This document shows positions 46,725 to 59,228 of a stretch of DNA of 64,000 bases, in pieces. Position numbers and translations under genes: made by a program. Position 1 is the stretch's first letter; each line of letters opens with the position of its first letter. The stretch spans positions 310,001 to 374,000 of the forward strand of contig MU008169.1 of NCBI GenBank assembly GCA_010909165.1, read 5' to 3'. The notes below the pieces were generated by a model. The model had not been told where the DNA came from. It worked only from the letters and a program-made list of their open reading frames with translations, and made no database searches. Origin of the DNA: Anthoceros angustus (Eukaryota > Plantae > Anthocerotophyta).

Positions 46725-49700
46725 TGTCACAGTCAGATAAATGCAGACTGTGAACGGACAAGCAGGACAAGCCAGCTTGATGATAGATGCTAGCTATGTG
46801 ATCAGTAGCTAGACGGACCGCAGCTAGCGAGGAAGACGCAACGAAAGCGCACTAGGGCGCGCATTAGGAAGCTGGTTGAGGCAAATAGGCCAACCACGGT
46901 CAAATGGAAGTCGATTAGGCTAACCTAGATGACACTAACCTAGCTAGCTAGTAACCACTTTAACCCAGTCAAGGAGAAAAGGACACGCGACGGACAGGAG
47001 CGGAGGCTACTTCAGCCCGCTCCCAAGAATCAAGACGGCCCCCTCTCGCGTTCCATCCGGCAGCGCTCTTCGTGTCTTGGTCTCCAGTCTCCGAGAAATG
47101 CCGATTACATCTTGGTATCAGAGCCGGACGCGAGTGCTGATCAGCAATGGATCCGAATAGCCGCGCTGAATGGATCAGACGACAGCGATTTGGGCTGACC
47201 AGAAGAACACTCGTCGAGTGGGGGGAAGTGACTGGGCTAGGGGCCGAAGGAATGTGGGAGCAGCTGTGGCGGGAAGTTGTTATTCAGCTGAGATGGATGT
47301 TAGTGTGGGGACAAGAGCACGGGACCTTTGAAGGTGCAGGAGCGTTTGCTCAGGGTCAAGTGAGTGCAAGGCGTTGGTGGTAGAGGATTGGGATCGACGT
47401 GGAAGAGCGATGGGGAATTCATTGCGGATCGTCGCAAGAAGGAAGGAAAATGGAAAGAAAGGCAAGGAGGGACAAAAGAAGTGTTGGTTGGAGGAGGGCA
47501 GCGAGATTGTAATACCTTTCGGATTGATCAATGCGCCTACAATGATTCGAGAAGGTGTGTTTGCTTGAGCACAATCCTTGCTTTATGGCGTCTCTAGGCG
47601 CAAGATAGAGTAAGAGGCCTCCAGGCCCGTATTCGCAATCATGTCGCAAGCGGAAGCCCGGTATTTGTTCAAACTTGGCTTCTTGTGAGCACTGTGTGCA
47701 AGACGGACAGTTCTTGAATAGCTTGTAGGAGCTGAGCAGCGACAGAGCTTGGTGTCCGAAATGCCAATGAATGTGTCCGGTAGCAAATTTGCCATTCCAC
47801 ATGCATGAGAAGCAATCGGTCGGTTTCCAGACCAGCCACGGTTTTAAGACTGGGTGTTTCGATCGACCATTGATCAATACACGTGTGAGAGAGCAATTCC
47901 GTTATTCGTGATGGTCAAACACGTTGAGCACGCAAGAATGCACGAACATCCATTGATCTTGGAGGATACGAGTCAACATTTGTGAGACGCGAGTGGGCGG
48001 TGACACGGTCATTGTGACTAGCCTTGCTACATGTGCGAGAGGCGAACCGGCGATTCTGGCCTGGCGATTTTGCGGTGAAGCGACATGGATAGCGACACCG
48101 TCTCCTCGAGGTCAGCAGAGAACAAGATCCTTGGCGATGTGAACCCGACTCCGGATGTCGAGCCTCCAACCCTTGAGGTGTGAGGTCGAGGCGGCAAGGC
48201 GGCGTTAAGAAAAGCCAGCCGCCGAGGAAGCCCAGTTGAGCCTGTAAAATGCGAGATGCTACGTCGAGGAGGTCGGTGTGAGAAGGAATGTGGTAGAGGA
48301 AGGAGGTCGACTCTGCCTACTCAAGGAGTTGCGTAAATGGCACATGTGCCTCAAAATATGAATGATGATGCAGATGTGGATCTTTGCGTGAGTTGGAGGT
48401 GCGAGCCGTGTGGAAGCCGAATTCCGGATGATTCTTCAACGCACCTTGCAGAACAACGCACAAGAAAATTGATGGCGAATTCTTGGCTCAGTCTTGAAGG
48501 GAGATGGCCCCTCGAGAGATGTTCTGCAAGGAGGAATTCAACGTCCGATTGGACAAGGCGCAGATCGCCTGCATTTATGCCAAGATATGTCAAGAGCGAG
48601 CCAATTCCAAATCGTGAAGCCGAGAGAAGAGTCGAGAGGGTAGCTAACGTGGCGGTACTGGAGAACTTGAAGGGCTTGTCAACATAACGACACGCGTAGC
48701 AACACCCACGGGCTACAAAGCGGGCGCGGACTCCCTCAGTAACTCTAAAAGTCGGATTCGTGGTCTAGGTGAAGAAGAGCAAAGTGACCCATAGTCGACA
48801 TGGCCCGGAGGCGCAAGTTGCAAGACATGAACGGGCTCAAGCACGAGCTTCAAGAACACTCGAGTGGGGAAGTGATCGGCTAGTCAAGGAATGTGGGAGC
48901 ATGTGGCGGGAAGTTGTTATTCAGTGAGATGGATGGCAGTGTGGGGACAAGAGCACGGGACCTTTGAAGGTGCAGGAGCGTTTTCAGGGTCAAGTGAGTG
49001 CAAGGCGTTGGTGGTAGAGGATTGGGATCAGACGTGGAAGAACGATGGGGAATTCATTGCAGATGCGTCGCAAGAAGGAAGGAAAAGCTGGAAAGAAAGG
49101 CAAGGAGGGACAAAAGAAATGTTGGTTGGAGGAGGGCAGCGAGATTGTAATACCTTTCGGATTGATCAATGCGCCTACAATGATTCGAAGGTGTGTTTGC
49201 TTGAGCACAATCCTTGCTTTATGGCGCCTCTAGACGCAAGATAGAGTAAGAGGCCTCCAGAGGCCAGTCGCTCAAAGAATCATGTCGCAAGCGGAAGCCC
49301 AGATGCTCAAACTTGGCTTCTTGTGAGCACTGCAAGCAGACGCTTCTTGAATAGCTTGTAGAGGAGCTGAACGGAGCGACAGAGCTTGGTGTCTGAAATG
49401 CCAATGAATGTGTCTGGTAGCCAGAAATTTGCCATTCCACATGCATGAGAAGCAATCGGTCGGTTTCCAGCTTGTGACCAGCCACGGTTTTCAGAAGACT
49501 CTGGGTGTTTCTGATCAGCCATTGATCAATACACGTGTGAGAGAGCAATTCCGTTATTCGTGATGGTCAAACACGTTGAGCACGCAAGAATGCGAGAACT
49601 GTCCAGTTGATCTTGGAGGATACGGAGTCAACATTTGTGAGACGCGAGTGGCTGGTGACCTGGTCATTGTGACTAGCCTTGCCTGCTACATGTGCGAGAG

Positions 49701-52700
49701 GGCGAACCGGCGATTCTGTAGTAGAGACAGCCTGGCGATTTTGCAGTGAAGCGACATGGATAGCGACACCGTCTCCTCGAGGCTGCGCAGGAGAACAAGA
49801 TCCTTGGCTGATGTGAACCCGACTCCAGATGTCGAGCCTCCAACCCTTCAGGGTGTGAGGTCGCGAGGCGGGCTGGCAGCAAGGGGCGGCGTTAAGAAAA
49901 AGCCAGGCCGCCCGAGGAAGCCCCAGGTTGAGCCTGCAACAGAAAATGCGAATGCTACACGTCAGAAGCGAGGTCAGGCTGTGAGAAGGAATGTGGTAGA
50001 GGAAGGAGAGGTCGACTCTGTACCTACTCAAGGAGTTGCAGAAATGGCACATGTGCCTGCTCAAAATATGAATGATGATGCAGATGTGGATGCTGCACGT
50101 GAGTTGGAGGTGCGAGCCCGTGTGGAAGCCGAATTCCAGATGATTCTTCAACGCACCTTGCAGGAACAACGCGAAGCACAAGAAAAATTGATGGCCGAAT
50201 TCTTGGCTCAGAGTGCTGAAAGGGAGATGGCCCTACGAGAGATGTTGCAAGGAGGAATTCAACGTCCGATTGGACAAGGCGCAGATCGCCTGCATTTATG
50301 CCAAGATATGTCAAGAGCGAGCCAATTCCAAATCGTGAAGCCGAGAGAAGAGTCGAGAGGGTAGCTAACGTGACGGTACCGGAGAACTTGAAGGGCTTGT
50401 CAACATAACAAAGACACGAGCAACACCCACCTACAAGGCAGACTCCCTCTGTAACTCTAAAACAGTTCCGGATTCAAGGTCTAGGTGAAGAAGAGCAAAG
50501 TGACCCACGCATAGCTGACATGGCCCGGAGGCTGCAAGTTGCAAGACATGAACGGGCTCAAGCACGAGCAATTCAAGAACAAGCAGAAAGGGAGGGCAGA
50601 GCATTCGATGAGGGTCCAGAGCCTACCAAGAACGACGATTTGAGGAAGAGAGCCAAGTTTGAGACACTGAGCTGTCAAGATAGGAGTCCCACAACGCTGC
50701 AAGAGTGGACTCAAGCTTTCTCGGTATATTTTGAAGCGGTGAAAATGACTGAGAAGAGAAAATCGATCTCGCACATTATACCGATCATTTGGCGAGGGCG
50801 TGGTGGAGAATAGAAGAGAAGCCAAAAGGGGAGAAGCCACCGTCCTCTCATGGGAAGTGATGAAAGTCAAGTCCTCCAAAATTTTCGCCCAAGGACCACA
50901 AGGAACGTTGCTGGTCAAGATGGTATGCCCTCAAGCATCTGAGCTCCTTAGAGGAATTTCACTTGAGTTTCATGAAAACCATGCTCAAGTTACCTGACTT
51001 GGAGCAAGAAGCCAAGTTAGCTAGATATTGTGATGCTGTGAAGCCAGAGTATAAGTTGGGAATTAAACATCAACGTTGCTCAACAGTTGAAGAGGCCATG
51101 CAAGCTGCCATGGATATAGAAAATTATAGCGTGAAAACGTTAGCTCCAGCCGCAATGGCAGCCAATCCGGTGCAAGGAGGGTACAGACCTTACCAAGCAA
51201 AGTATAGTGGCCAGCACACATGGAAGCCAAGGTCAGAGCCTGCACGAGCCACAGCCAACGTCAACCAACAGCAAGAGCTGAAGCCGATTGAATTCAAACA
51301 AAGAGATGAAAGGGAGAAGAAGGAATTCATGATGAAAGGCCTATGCTTCATTTGCATTGCCCCTGATCACATATCCAGACACTGTCCATATGGAGCCTTA
51401 TACGGCAAGTGGCTGAGAGCAAGGAAGAGCACCATTGGCCCCGCAGAGGATAAGTCATTCAACGACCGGATAGATTGGAGAAATCGATCCGAATGTCATG
51501 ACAGAAGAACAAAGGAGTAGAGATCGACTAGACAAAGAATGAGCAAGAAAGGTCCAAGTGTTATGAACACCTCAAGCACATCGATGTTGAGGGATTGTTG
51601 GGAGGCAAACGAGTCACTTTCTTAGTGGATGGAGGATCCTCACGCCACGTAAGAGCGATGTGGCCAAGGACGCCCCAGAAGCCATGTGGTATAGCACACA
51701 AACACAACAGCGAATGAAGTTAGCCAATGGCATGGTGGAGAAGGTAACCTTACACGAAATTCTGACCAACATCAATATTCAAGGATACACTGACCAGGTC
51801 AGACTTGAGGTTATCGATGCTCTAGCACATGAAGTGCTACTGGGGCAAGATTGGTTGTGGAAGGTGGACCCCAACATCTCGTTCAGGAAGCACGAAATAG
51901 CGTTGCAATGGCAAGGCAAAGAGTTGAAGTTGCAAGGAGCCTCCTTGCAGTCGAAGGACAAGTTGTTCTCAACAAGAAATGCTAGGAGGGCACTCAAAAG
52001 AGGAAGTTGAGTATGTCTGTTCTCGCTTGTTGCCAAGTAGAGCACGTACAAATTGGTCAGCAGTGGGAGAGGTACCTTCTGAGTTGCAAGAAGTCTTGGA
52101 CGCCTTTGAAGATGTCTTCTCTGAGATGCAGGGGCTGCCCCCAAGGAGAGACGTAGATCACGCTATAGACCTGGTGGCAGGAGCAGTCCCAGTAGCCAAG
52201 CCCCCATACAGGCTTGCTCCAGCGGAGAACATGCAGGTCCAAGCAGCAGTAGATAGCTTGTTAAAGAAAGGGTTAGTAGAGCCATCTGTATCACCATATG
52301 CTACACCAGTGCTCATCGTGAAACATAGAAACGGCAAAATCCGCATGTGCATTGACTATAGGGTCTCGAATGCAACAAGCCAAGAATCGCCCAAATGCCA
52401 AGAATAGAAGAGATACTTGACAACCTAGTAGGCGCCAAGATTTTCAGCAAGGTTGATCTTGAGGCTTTCACCGACACGGTCGGCTGGAGATGAGTATAAA
52501 CGCATTTCGGACGAGGTACGCCACTTTCGCCTCGTGTTGCCTTTCGGCATGACAAATGCACCAGCAACCTTCACAACGCTCATGACCAAGATATTGCGGC
52601 CCTACCTCGGGAGATTTGTAGAAGTTTTCGTTGACGATATCTTAGTGTACTCCAAGGATGCCCTGGAGCATAAGCAACACCTAGTATTAGTGCTCACAGC

Positions 52701-55455
52701 CCTGAGAGAACACCAATTGTATGCAAGGAAAGCAAAGTGCGAGTTCTTCCAGAAGAAGGTAAACTACCTTGGGTTCATCGTCTCAGAAGCTGGAGTAGAG
52801 GTGGATCCAGAAAAGGTGCGTTGCATTGTGGAGTGGCCACTGCCTAATGACTTGTCTGAGGTGCAGCAATTCTTAGGCATGTGTGTACAAATGAGGAGTT
52901 TCATACCACAATATGCGAAGATAGTAGTGCCGCTGACAAACTTGACTTGCAAGGCATCCAAGTTTCCAATGTCAGAAGAGGCCAAAGTGGCATTTCAGCA
53001 GATGAAGAAAGCGGTGACGGAAGCTGCTATTCTTACCTTGCCAGATATGGAGAAGCCATTTGTGGTAAGAACCGACGCATCAAATCTAGCCCTAGGTGCT
53101 GTACTGCAACAAGATGGAAAGAGTGTAAGTTTCCTATCAAGGAAACTCCAAGGCGCAGAGTGTAATTACACAACTCACGATAAGGAGCTTCTGGCTGTGG
53201 TTTATGCACTAAAAGCTTGGAGACATTACCTCTATGGGAGTGAGTTTGTGGTATACACAGACCATCGTAGCTTGGAGCATTTTTTCAAGCAACCTTTATT
53301 GAACCCCAGACAACGAAGGTGGGCAGAGTACTTGGCAGATTTCCACTTCACGATCTCCTACTCCCCAGGTAAGGCAAATTTAATTGCTGATGCTCTGAGC
53401 AGAAGAAGGTGTAGTGTGCTGCTCAGAGTGGAGTCCGACATGTGGAAGGAGGTGAGGGAGTCGACCTCGAAAGATGAGCATTTGAGTAACATCCTACGCA
53501 AGTTGGAGGACAGTGTCACTACTGGCAGACCCTCAGAGCTTGGGGACAGATAGAAGACTCATCAAGGCTGTATATATAGAAAGGGGAAGCTTTGCATACC
53601 CGCATGTTGCTCAAGCTTGAAGCTAACCTTGCTCCATGATGCACATGATGCTCCTACAGCAGGGCACATGGGCATGGACGGAACTTATCAGCGTTTGAAG
53701 GAACGTGTGTGGTGGAAGGGCATGCGAGCAGAGTGTATAGAGTATGTAAGAACATGCTTACCTTGTCAGCAAACGAAGGTTGAAAGGAAGTCTCCAGTAG
53801 GACTCTTGATGCACCGCAAGTCCCTTGCGAGAAGTGGCAAAGCATGTCATGCGATTTCGTGACTTGCCTTCCCAAGACTCAAGAGGAAATGACGCCATCC
53901 GGTTTGCATGGACGAGCTACTAAATTGGCTCACTTTATTCCGTGAAGGGTACTATAAAGGCCAAGTCATTAGCTCCCATTTTCCTCAAGGAAGTAGTGAG
54001 ATCGCACGGGTGCCACAGGAGATAGTGAGCGATCGAGATTCCAAGTTCACATCCGAGTTTTGACCGCCGCAAGAGCCTAGGCATCAAGCAATGTCTGAGC
54101 TCAGCGTACCATGCACAATCTGATGGAGCCAGCGAGAAGTTGAACCAGACCATGGAGGACTTGCTCAGACCTTACTGCCATGACAAGCAGAGCAAGTGGG
54201 AAGAAGTGCTGCCCTTGGTGGAGTTTGCCTACAACTCTGCAAAGCATTCAGCAACGGGATACTCACCCTTCAAAATGATTTATGGCAAGAACTTGCCCCC
54301 TCCAGGTCTGTGGCCAGTGTTGGGTGGCGAGCCAAAGTCGGTGACGGAGCTAAGTGAAGAGATGCATGAAGCCCTTAACGATGCCATCCTGCATATGCAA
54401 GTCGTGAATCAGCACAGAGCCGCACATGCCAACAAGAAGAGACGCGATGAACAGCACGAGGTAGGAGATCTCGTCTGGCTGAGAGTCAAGCCAAATCGTT
54501 ACTCCTGTCGCAAGAAGGTAAGGCAAAGTTGGCATATGTGCACGTGGGACCTTTGCCGTAAGTAAGAAAATTTCAGCTTGCTTACCAACTCGACTTGCCC
54601 GATCCGGAAGATGTGCCGCAGTTTTCATGTGTCCTTGCTTAAGAAGTTTGTGGAGAGCCTCCACAAGTTCCTAGACGATGGACCCACCGCCAAGCATCGC
54701 CTAAGAAGAGCGCAACATCGGGCCGATGGAGGGAAGTACGGTGTTGCAACCGAATTTCTACTAGGAGAGAAGGACCCAACCGCCAAGCAAGAGCTGCCAG
54801 GAAGAAGGAGGAGGGAAGGAGGCAAGAACTTGCCGAGAAGACGCAAGTTCAAGCTGTGACCAGCTCATCTTCCAAAGAGATTCTCGACGTCAGAGAGCGA
54901 GTGTTGCGAGGCAGGACCGTGAAGGAATACTTGGTGAGATGGGAGGGCGACCATCAAGAGGACCCGAGTTGGGAAACCAAGCCTTCATCGAAACTTTTCA
55001 ACACCTCAAGAAACCCAAAGCAGAGAATGAAGAACGAGGCCCTCCTGATGCTCGCTAGAGGAAGGAGGAGGATGTCACAGTCAGATAAATGCGCATCAGG
55101 AACGGACAAGGTGACAAGCCGCCTTGATGATAGATGCTAGCTATGTGATCAGTAGCTAGACGGACTGCAGGCTAGCGTAGGAAGACGCAGCAACGAGCAG
55201 ACTAGGGCGCGCATTAGGAAGCTGGTTGAGGCAAATAGGCCAACCAGGGTTAAATGGAAGTCTGATTAGGCTAACCTAGATGACACTAACCTAGCTAGCT
55301 AGTAACTGCACTCGTAACCCCGGTCGAGGAGAAAAGGACACGTGCAGGGAGGCTACTTCAGCCCGCTCCCAAGAATCAAGACGGCCCCCTCTCGCGTTCC
55401 ATCCGGCAGCGCCCTTCGTGTCTTGGTCTCCAGTCTCCAAGAAATGCCGATTACA
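46725..55455 (+). mobile_element. Full-length Ty3/Gypsy chromovirus-type LTR retrotransposon
   Basis: TG...CA LTRs at 46725-47109 and 55073-55455. TSD AGGGA at 46720-46724 and 55456-55460. PBS TGGTATCAGAGC at 47113-47124; PPT at 55057-55072. Domain order is gag-PR-RT-RH-INT-chromodomain. Confidence 0.95.
49756..54990 (+). pseudogene. Gypsy gag-pol, frameshifted in this assembly
   Basis: Zn knuckle CFICIAPDHISRHC, protease FLVDGGSS, RT (RMCIDYR, LPFGMTNAPATF, FVDDILVYS), RNase H (RTDASN, DKELLAVV, ADALSR), integrase HHCC (HDAPTAGH...CLPCQ) and chromodomain EILDVR...EYLVRWEG...PSWE. Confidence 0.92.
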
Positions 55456-55973
55456 AGGGACATGATGTTTCAAGTGATGGATTGTGTCCTTTTGAGTGTC
55501 GCTATGAACTGTCAAGTGAGCCAGTCTTGAGTTTGGGTGGCAGCTTCTCATTAAGAAGTTTGCAAGGTCGAGACAAAGGAGCTCAAAAGTTCCACAATGA
55601 GTAGGGAGGCACAATCTCGTTCATTACTGTATGCATAAGTACATGATATCATATAAGATTCCGTTACAAATAAGAGGCATGCTATTGAAATTGGCATCAC
55701 TTAAAAGTTTTGGCGCGCCTCAGAATCCTAGTCGCTTAGTGGCCGCAAAGGCAACTTGCTCTAAACTAGAAAGCTTCAATCTATCCATACAAATTCCTCT
55801 TCACACCATCTTGCTTCTTCACCCGACAAGACCATCCACTTATGCATCTAAAATAACAAAGTTACTAATTTTATTATCATATTTTATCTGTGCAATATGT
55901 ATTTATCATAAATTAATCTACTACCTAATATGCTACAAAGCATTATAAATTTATTTCATATGCTAGAAGTAAT

Positions 55974-56438
55974 CTAAGGCATAGGATTGGGACACGAATT
56001 ATTCACACCAAGGACTGCATAGCTAATACTACAGTCTGCTAGTAAATACTCTCCACTACTTGCATTCTCACAAGTCTCCATCAACATAGTCTTTGCGCGT
56101 GAAAGACAAGCTGAACATTGTTCCTTTGAATGCATAGTTTCTCTTAATGCATAACAAACAGCAGTGCCCCAAAAGGTATAAATATTAGGATCTCCATATG
56201 GCTTAAACAAGGTGTACGAGTATCCAGATAAATTCACAAATTGGTCAGATCCTTTTTCTGCTAATTCATTTATTGAAGCCTTCATAAATTCTAATAAAAT
56301 TAGGTCGGTCTCCTCGGGTCCACATGTATGTGTTAATGGCATAGTGTTTGGTGGTAATAACGCTGAAGTTGCGGACTTTGAAAGCATATAATGTAACAAG
56401 AATATTATGAATAATTTAATATTATTTTTATTTATCAT
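55974..56438 (-). CDS. Secreted single-domain Gnk2/DUF26-like cysteine-rich protein, intronless
   Basis: Signal peptide (KLFIIFLLHYMLSKSATSA), then HTC...FWGTAVCYALRETMHSKEQCSACLSRAKTMLMETCENASSGEYLLADCSISY. This is the DUF26 Cys framework with a longer first spacer. Confidence 0.72.
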   Translation of the reverse strand: MINKNNIKLFIIFLLHYMLSKSATSALLPPNTMPLTHTCGPEETDLILLEFMKASINELAEKGSDQFVNLSGYSYTLFKPYGDPNIYTFWGTAVCYALRETMHSKEQCSACLSRAKTMLMETCENASSGEYLLADCSISYAVLGVNNSCPNPMP

Positions 56439-57172
56439 TCTTCTATATAATAATAACATCATCACCAATTGAAGGTTATTTTTATCGGCCATTATGTTGC
56501 ACTGAAATCTATCCAAGATTCTTTCTTTTAGCATAACTATCTGCCATACTTCAACACATCTTTGAAATAATCTCATCTGATAAACCTTCAACTTGTGATA
56601 AGGAACTCTTGTGGTCGATCCAATATATATAGTTTATATAAGATTTCCATTGAAAGGAACATAAGATGCATTTGTCAAGTTTCCATAAGACAAATTATCA
56701 TGATCTAAATAGCTGAAGCTAGCAATTGATTTCTAATCAAGTCAACTCGGATAACAATATATACAAACTTCAAATTTTGGGTGAACGTTCTACGTTTTAT
56801 AAAAGTCCTATTTATTCATCCTTGCCTCATATATTCATGTATGACCCACTCTATGATGAATTATGATGTCATGTTCTCTGCCATCATATGTTTATTCTTT
56901 GGAAGAAAATTTTAAAAAAGTTGATAAGATATAGAGATGTATGAATATTGCTAGGAAAATTATACTTACGGTACCCAAAATCCTTGCCTCCTTAAAGGAA
57001 CTTTTTGCACCATTATGTAATAAAATTATAAATACAGATTTAAATAAGATAAATAGGTTGAAAAACAATAGGAGATGATGGGACAAAAAGAATTGGATCA
57101 CTACCTACGTCAATGTGGCGATTGTGTAGGAGTGATGCCAACGTAATTTACATATTTACAGCCGAGCTGGAA

Positions 57173-58233
57173 CTACTTGGGGCTTTGTTTATGGAAAACT
57201 TCTATCTGGTCCTCATCCTCAAAGTCCAGCTCCCTGGGCGTGCTCTTGGCGTTAAGCTGATCCCCATCAAAGCGGAACACTAAGTCGTCAACCTGCAGTC
57301 CCATGAAGCTGGCGTAGGCAGAAAAGAGTTTCTCCAGCTTGTCCGTCTGCAAAGCAGGCAACAACTTGAGGTCACTGCAGTGGGAGAAAGAAACGTGTCC
57401 CTCCCAGTTATGTCAAGAAAGTTGCAGAAAGCAGCAAGTTACCTTGAGAAGCGCGTACTGCTTCCGGTTGCCATGGATGTCTTGTAGAAATATCCTGATT
57501 TTCTCTTTGCTTGAATTTACCTGGACTGGGACGGTGTTGGTGGAGAGATTGGTGCTCGAAGGTTCAGTAGCCTCAGCAGCTGTGCTCTTTGGCACGGGCG
57601 GGGGAGGATTGCTAGCTATGTGCAACAGCTTTTCCTTTGTTTGTCTGGATCAGAAGAGGCCATGCCACAGCCTGGATCAAAAGAGGCCACAGAAGCAAGA
57701 AGGGAGAAACCTAAACTCTCAAGTCGGTGGAGTTGCACACCTCAACCATGACAAGGTAGTATCTGACAACACAGGGTTGGGCAAGGCCACAGGTTTTGGA
57801 GGAGGAGATAGCCAGTCATCTTCGAGCACCACTGCCTTCGCTGCTGGCGCTGCTGGTTTCGTGATGCACACGTTTTCCTGCCCTCACAGCAGCAGGGAAC
57901 CGACAACACTTAGAACCAGCCAGCAGCCGCCCTAAAGGACGAAGAACTCCAGAGCAGAGGCAAACGACTTCAATAACCACCTGTCTAGGCTTCTTGCTGC
58001 ACCTCTGCCACTTTTTTGGGATTGGCAGCTCCTCCTCGTCCTCATCATCGTCTGGACAGGAACCAAACGTCAGCCTAAAAGACCACAGCGCAGAGAGGCT
58101 CGGATACCCGCATCTTACCCGTCACAATTGGAGCATGCCTCGCATAGCTGAAGAGCGGCTCAAACTCCTCCTCTTCCTCGGTCGCACTCCCGACAGGAAA
58201 CGCCTCAGCTTTTGTCCGCTGCGTCCCTCTCAT
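57173..58233 (-). CDS. Rad60/Esc2/NIP45-type SUMO-like-domain protein (At1g68185-like), multi-exon
   Basis: Spliced motifs EEFEPLFSY, DDDEDEEE, EDDWLSPPPK, KEKIRIFLQD, TDKLEKLFSAY...LVFRFDGDQL...TPRELDFEDEDQIEV. There is no C-terminal di-Gly. Confidence 0.82.
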
Positions 58234-59044
58234 GTCTCTCTGCAAAACCCCATGCTCTTCAATCTCGTCAGAGTGGAATCACGATGCCAAAGATTCCATG
58301 CAATCACTTCACCAAATTCCCAACCCGCTGAGTCTGAAGAACAGAAAACCTGCGGGCGGGCTCAGACAGCAGGCCTCTACCTTCCTTCCTTCCAGCAGGC
58401 CCCCCAGTCGCCACCCCACGGAGCTGCATTAAAAGCCCTCCCTCCGCCAGAGTCACGGCGCCGTCCAACTCCACCCACCTGAGCTGCGCCGGCGATACAC
58501 AATTCGCGAATTCCGCCAGCTGCATAAAACTGCTTGGATTTCAAGATTTTCCTACAAATTCAAACGATCCTACAACACATACCGATGGGAATCTAAGTTT
58601 GAAACCAACTAGTCTACCATACACTCAACCCACTCTACTTCGTTGCCCAGCTCCTTGAATGGCAACCCTTTGTCCATTGTACTACCTAGGTACCTAAAGA
58701 GTTAAATAACTATGTAGTTAAGATAAAGTTTAGTATTTATGACAAAAATAACACTAGTAAAACAATTATTCTTAAAAATATAATTGATATAAATAAATTC
58801 AATAAATTATTATTTAAATTAAACTTATTATATATTTAATTTAATTTTTTTATATGAATGCAGATATTAATTATTGGAAAAAAAAACTAGGATTTGATAG
58901 CTATATACCAAAGTAAGGTTAAATTTCCATGAACCCTTTCATTAATGTTTCCAGCTCATAAGACAAGAATTTCAAGTATGCAGTTTTTACTCCAGCCATA
59001 GCTAAAGTCTCTAGTCGTAGCCAACTTTTAGCTATAGAGTTCAA

Positions 59045-59228
59045 CGATAGAATTTTTCATTGAATCCCATGCGGTGAGCTTGGAAGGTAGACTTTCGTTG
59101 AACCCCATGCAGTGAGTTTGAAGGATATACTTTTTCGTCGAATCCCATGCTCTGAGCTTGGAGGGACAGACTTTTTCGTTGAACCCCATGATGTGAGCTT
59201 GAAGGGATAAACTTTTTCTTTGAAACCA
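59045..59228. repeat. ~41-bp minisatellite, 4-5 units
   Basis: ttttcgttgaa(c/t)cccatgc..tgagcttgaaggga recurs. Confidence 0.82.

Larger units (their letters stand above)
41403..55553 (-). mobile_element. Decayed Ty1/Copia LTR retrotransposon; its 5' LTR is split by a nested Gypsy element
   Basis: LTRs at 41403-~41656 and 46613-46724 + 55461-55553. TSD AGAAG at 41398-41402 and 55554-55558. Degenerate tRNA-iMet PBS (gctttgataaca, 46601-46612). RNase H (NADWASDPDARQS...WSSK...SSAQSEY), RT (CKWTLK...RLKAR, HQLDISVAFL, LALYVDN) and an integrase remnant (LHVFGSDAY), all with stops or frameshifts. Confidence 0.88.

Noticed and set aside
57173-57364. Conjugatable SUMO gene
   Set aside because: There is no C-terminal di-Gly, and the upstream exons give the Rad60-type SUMO-like-domain architecture.
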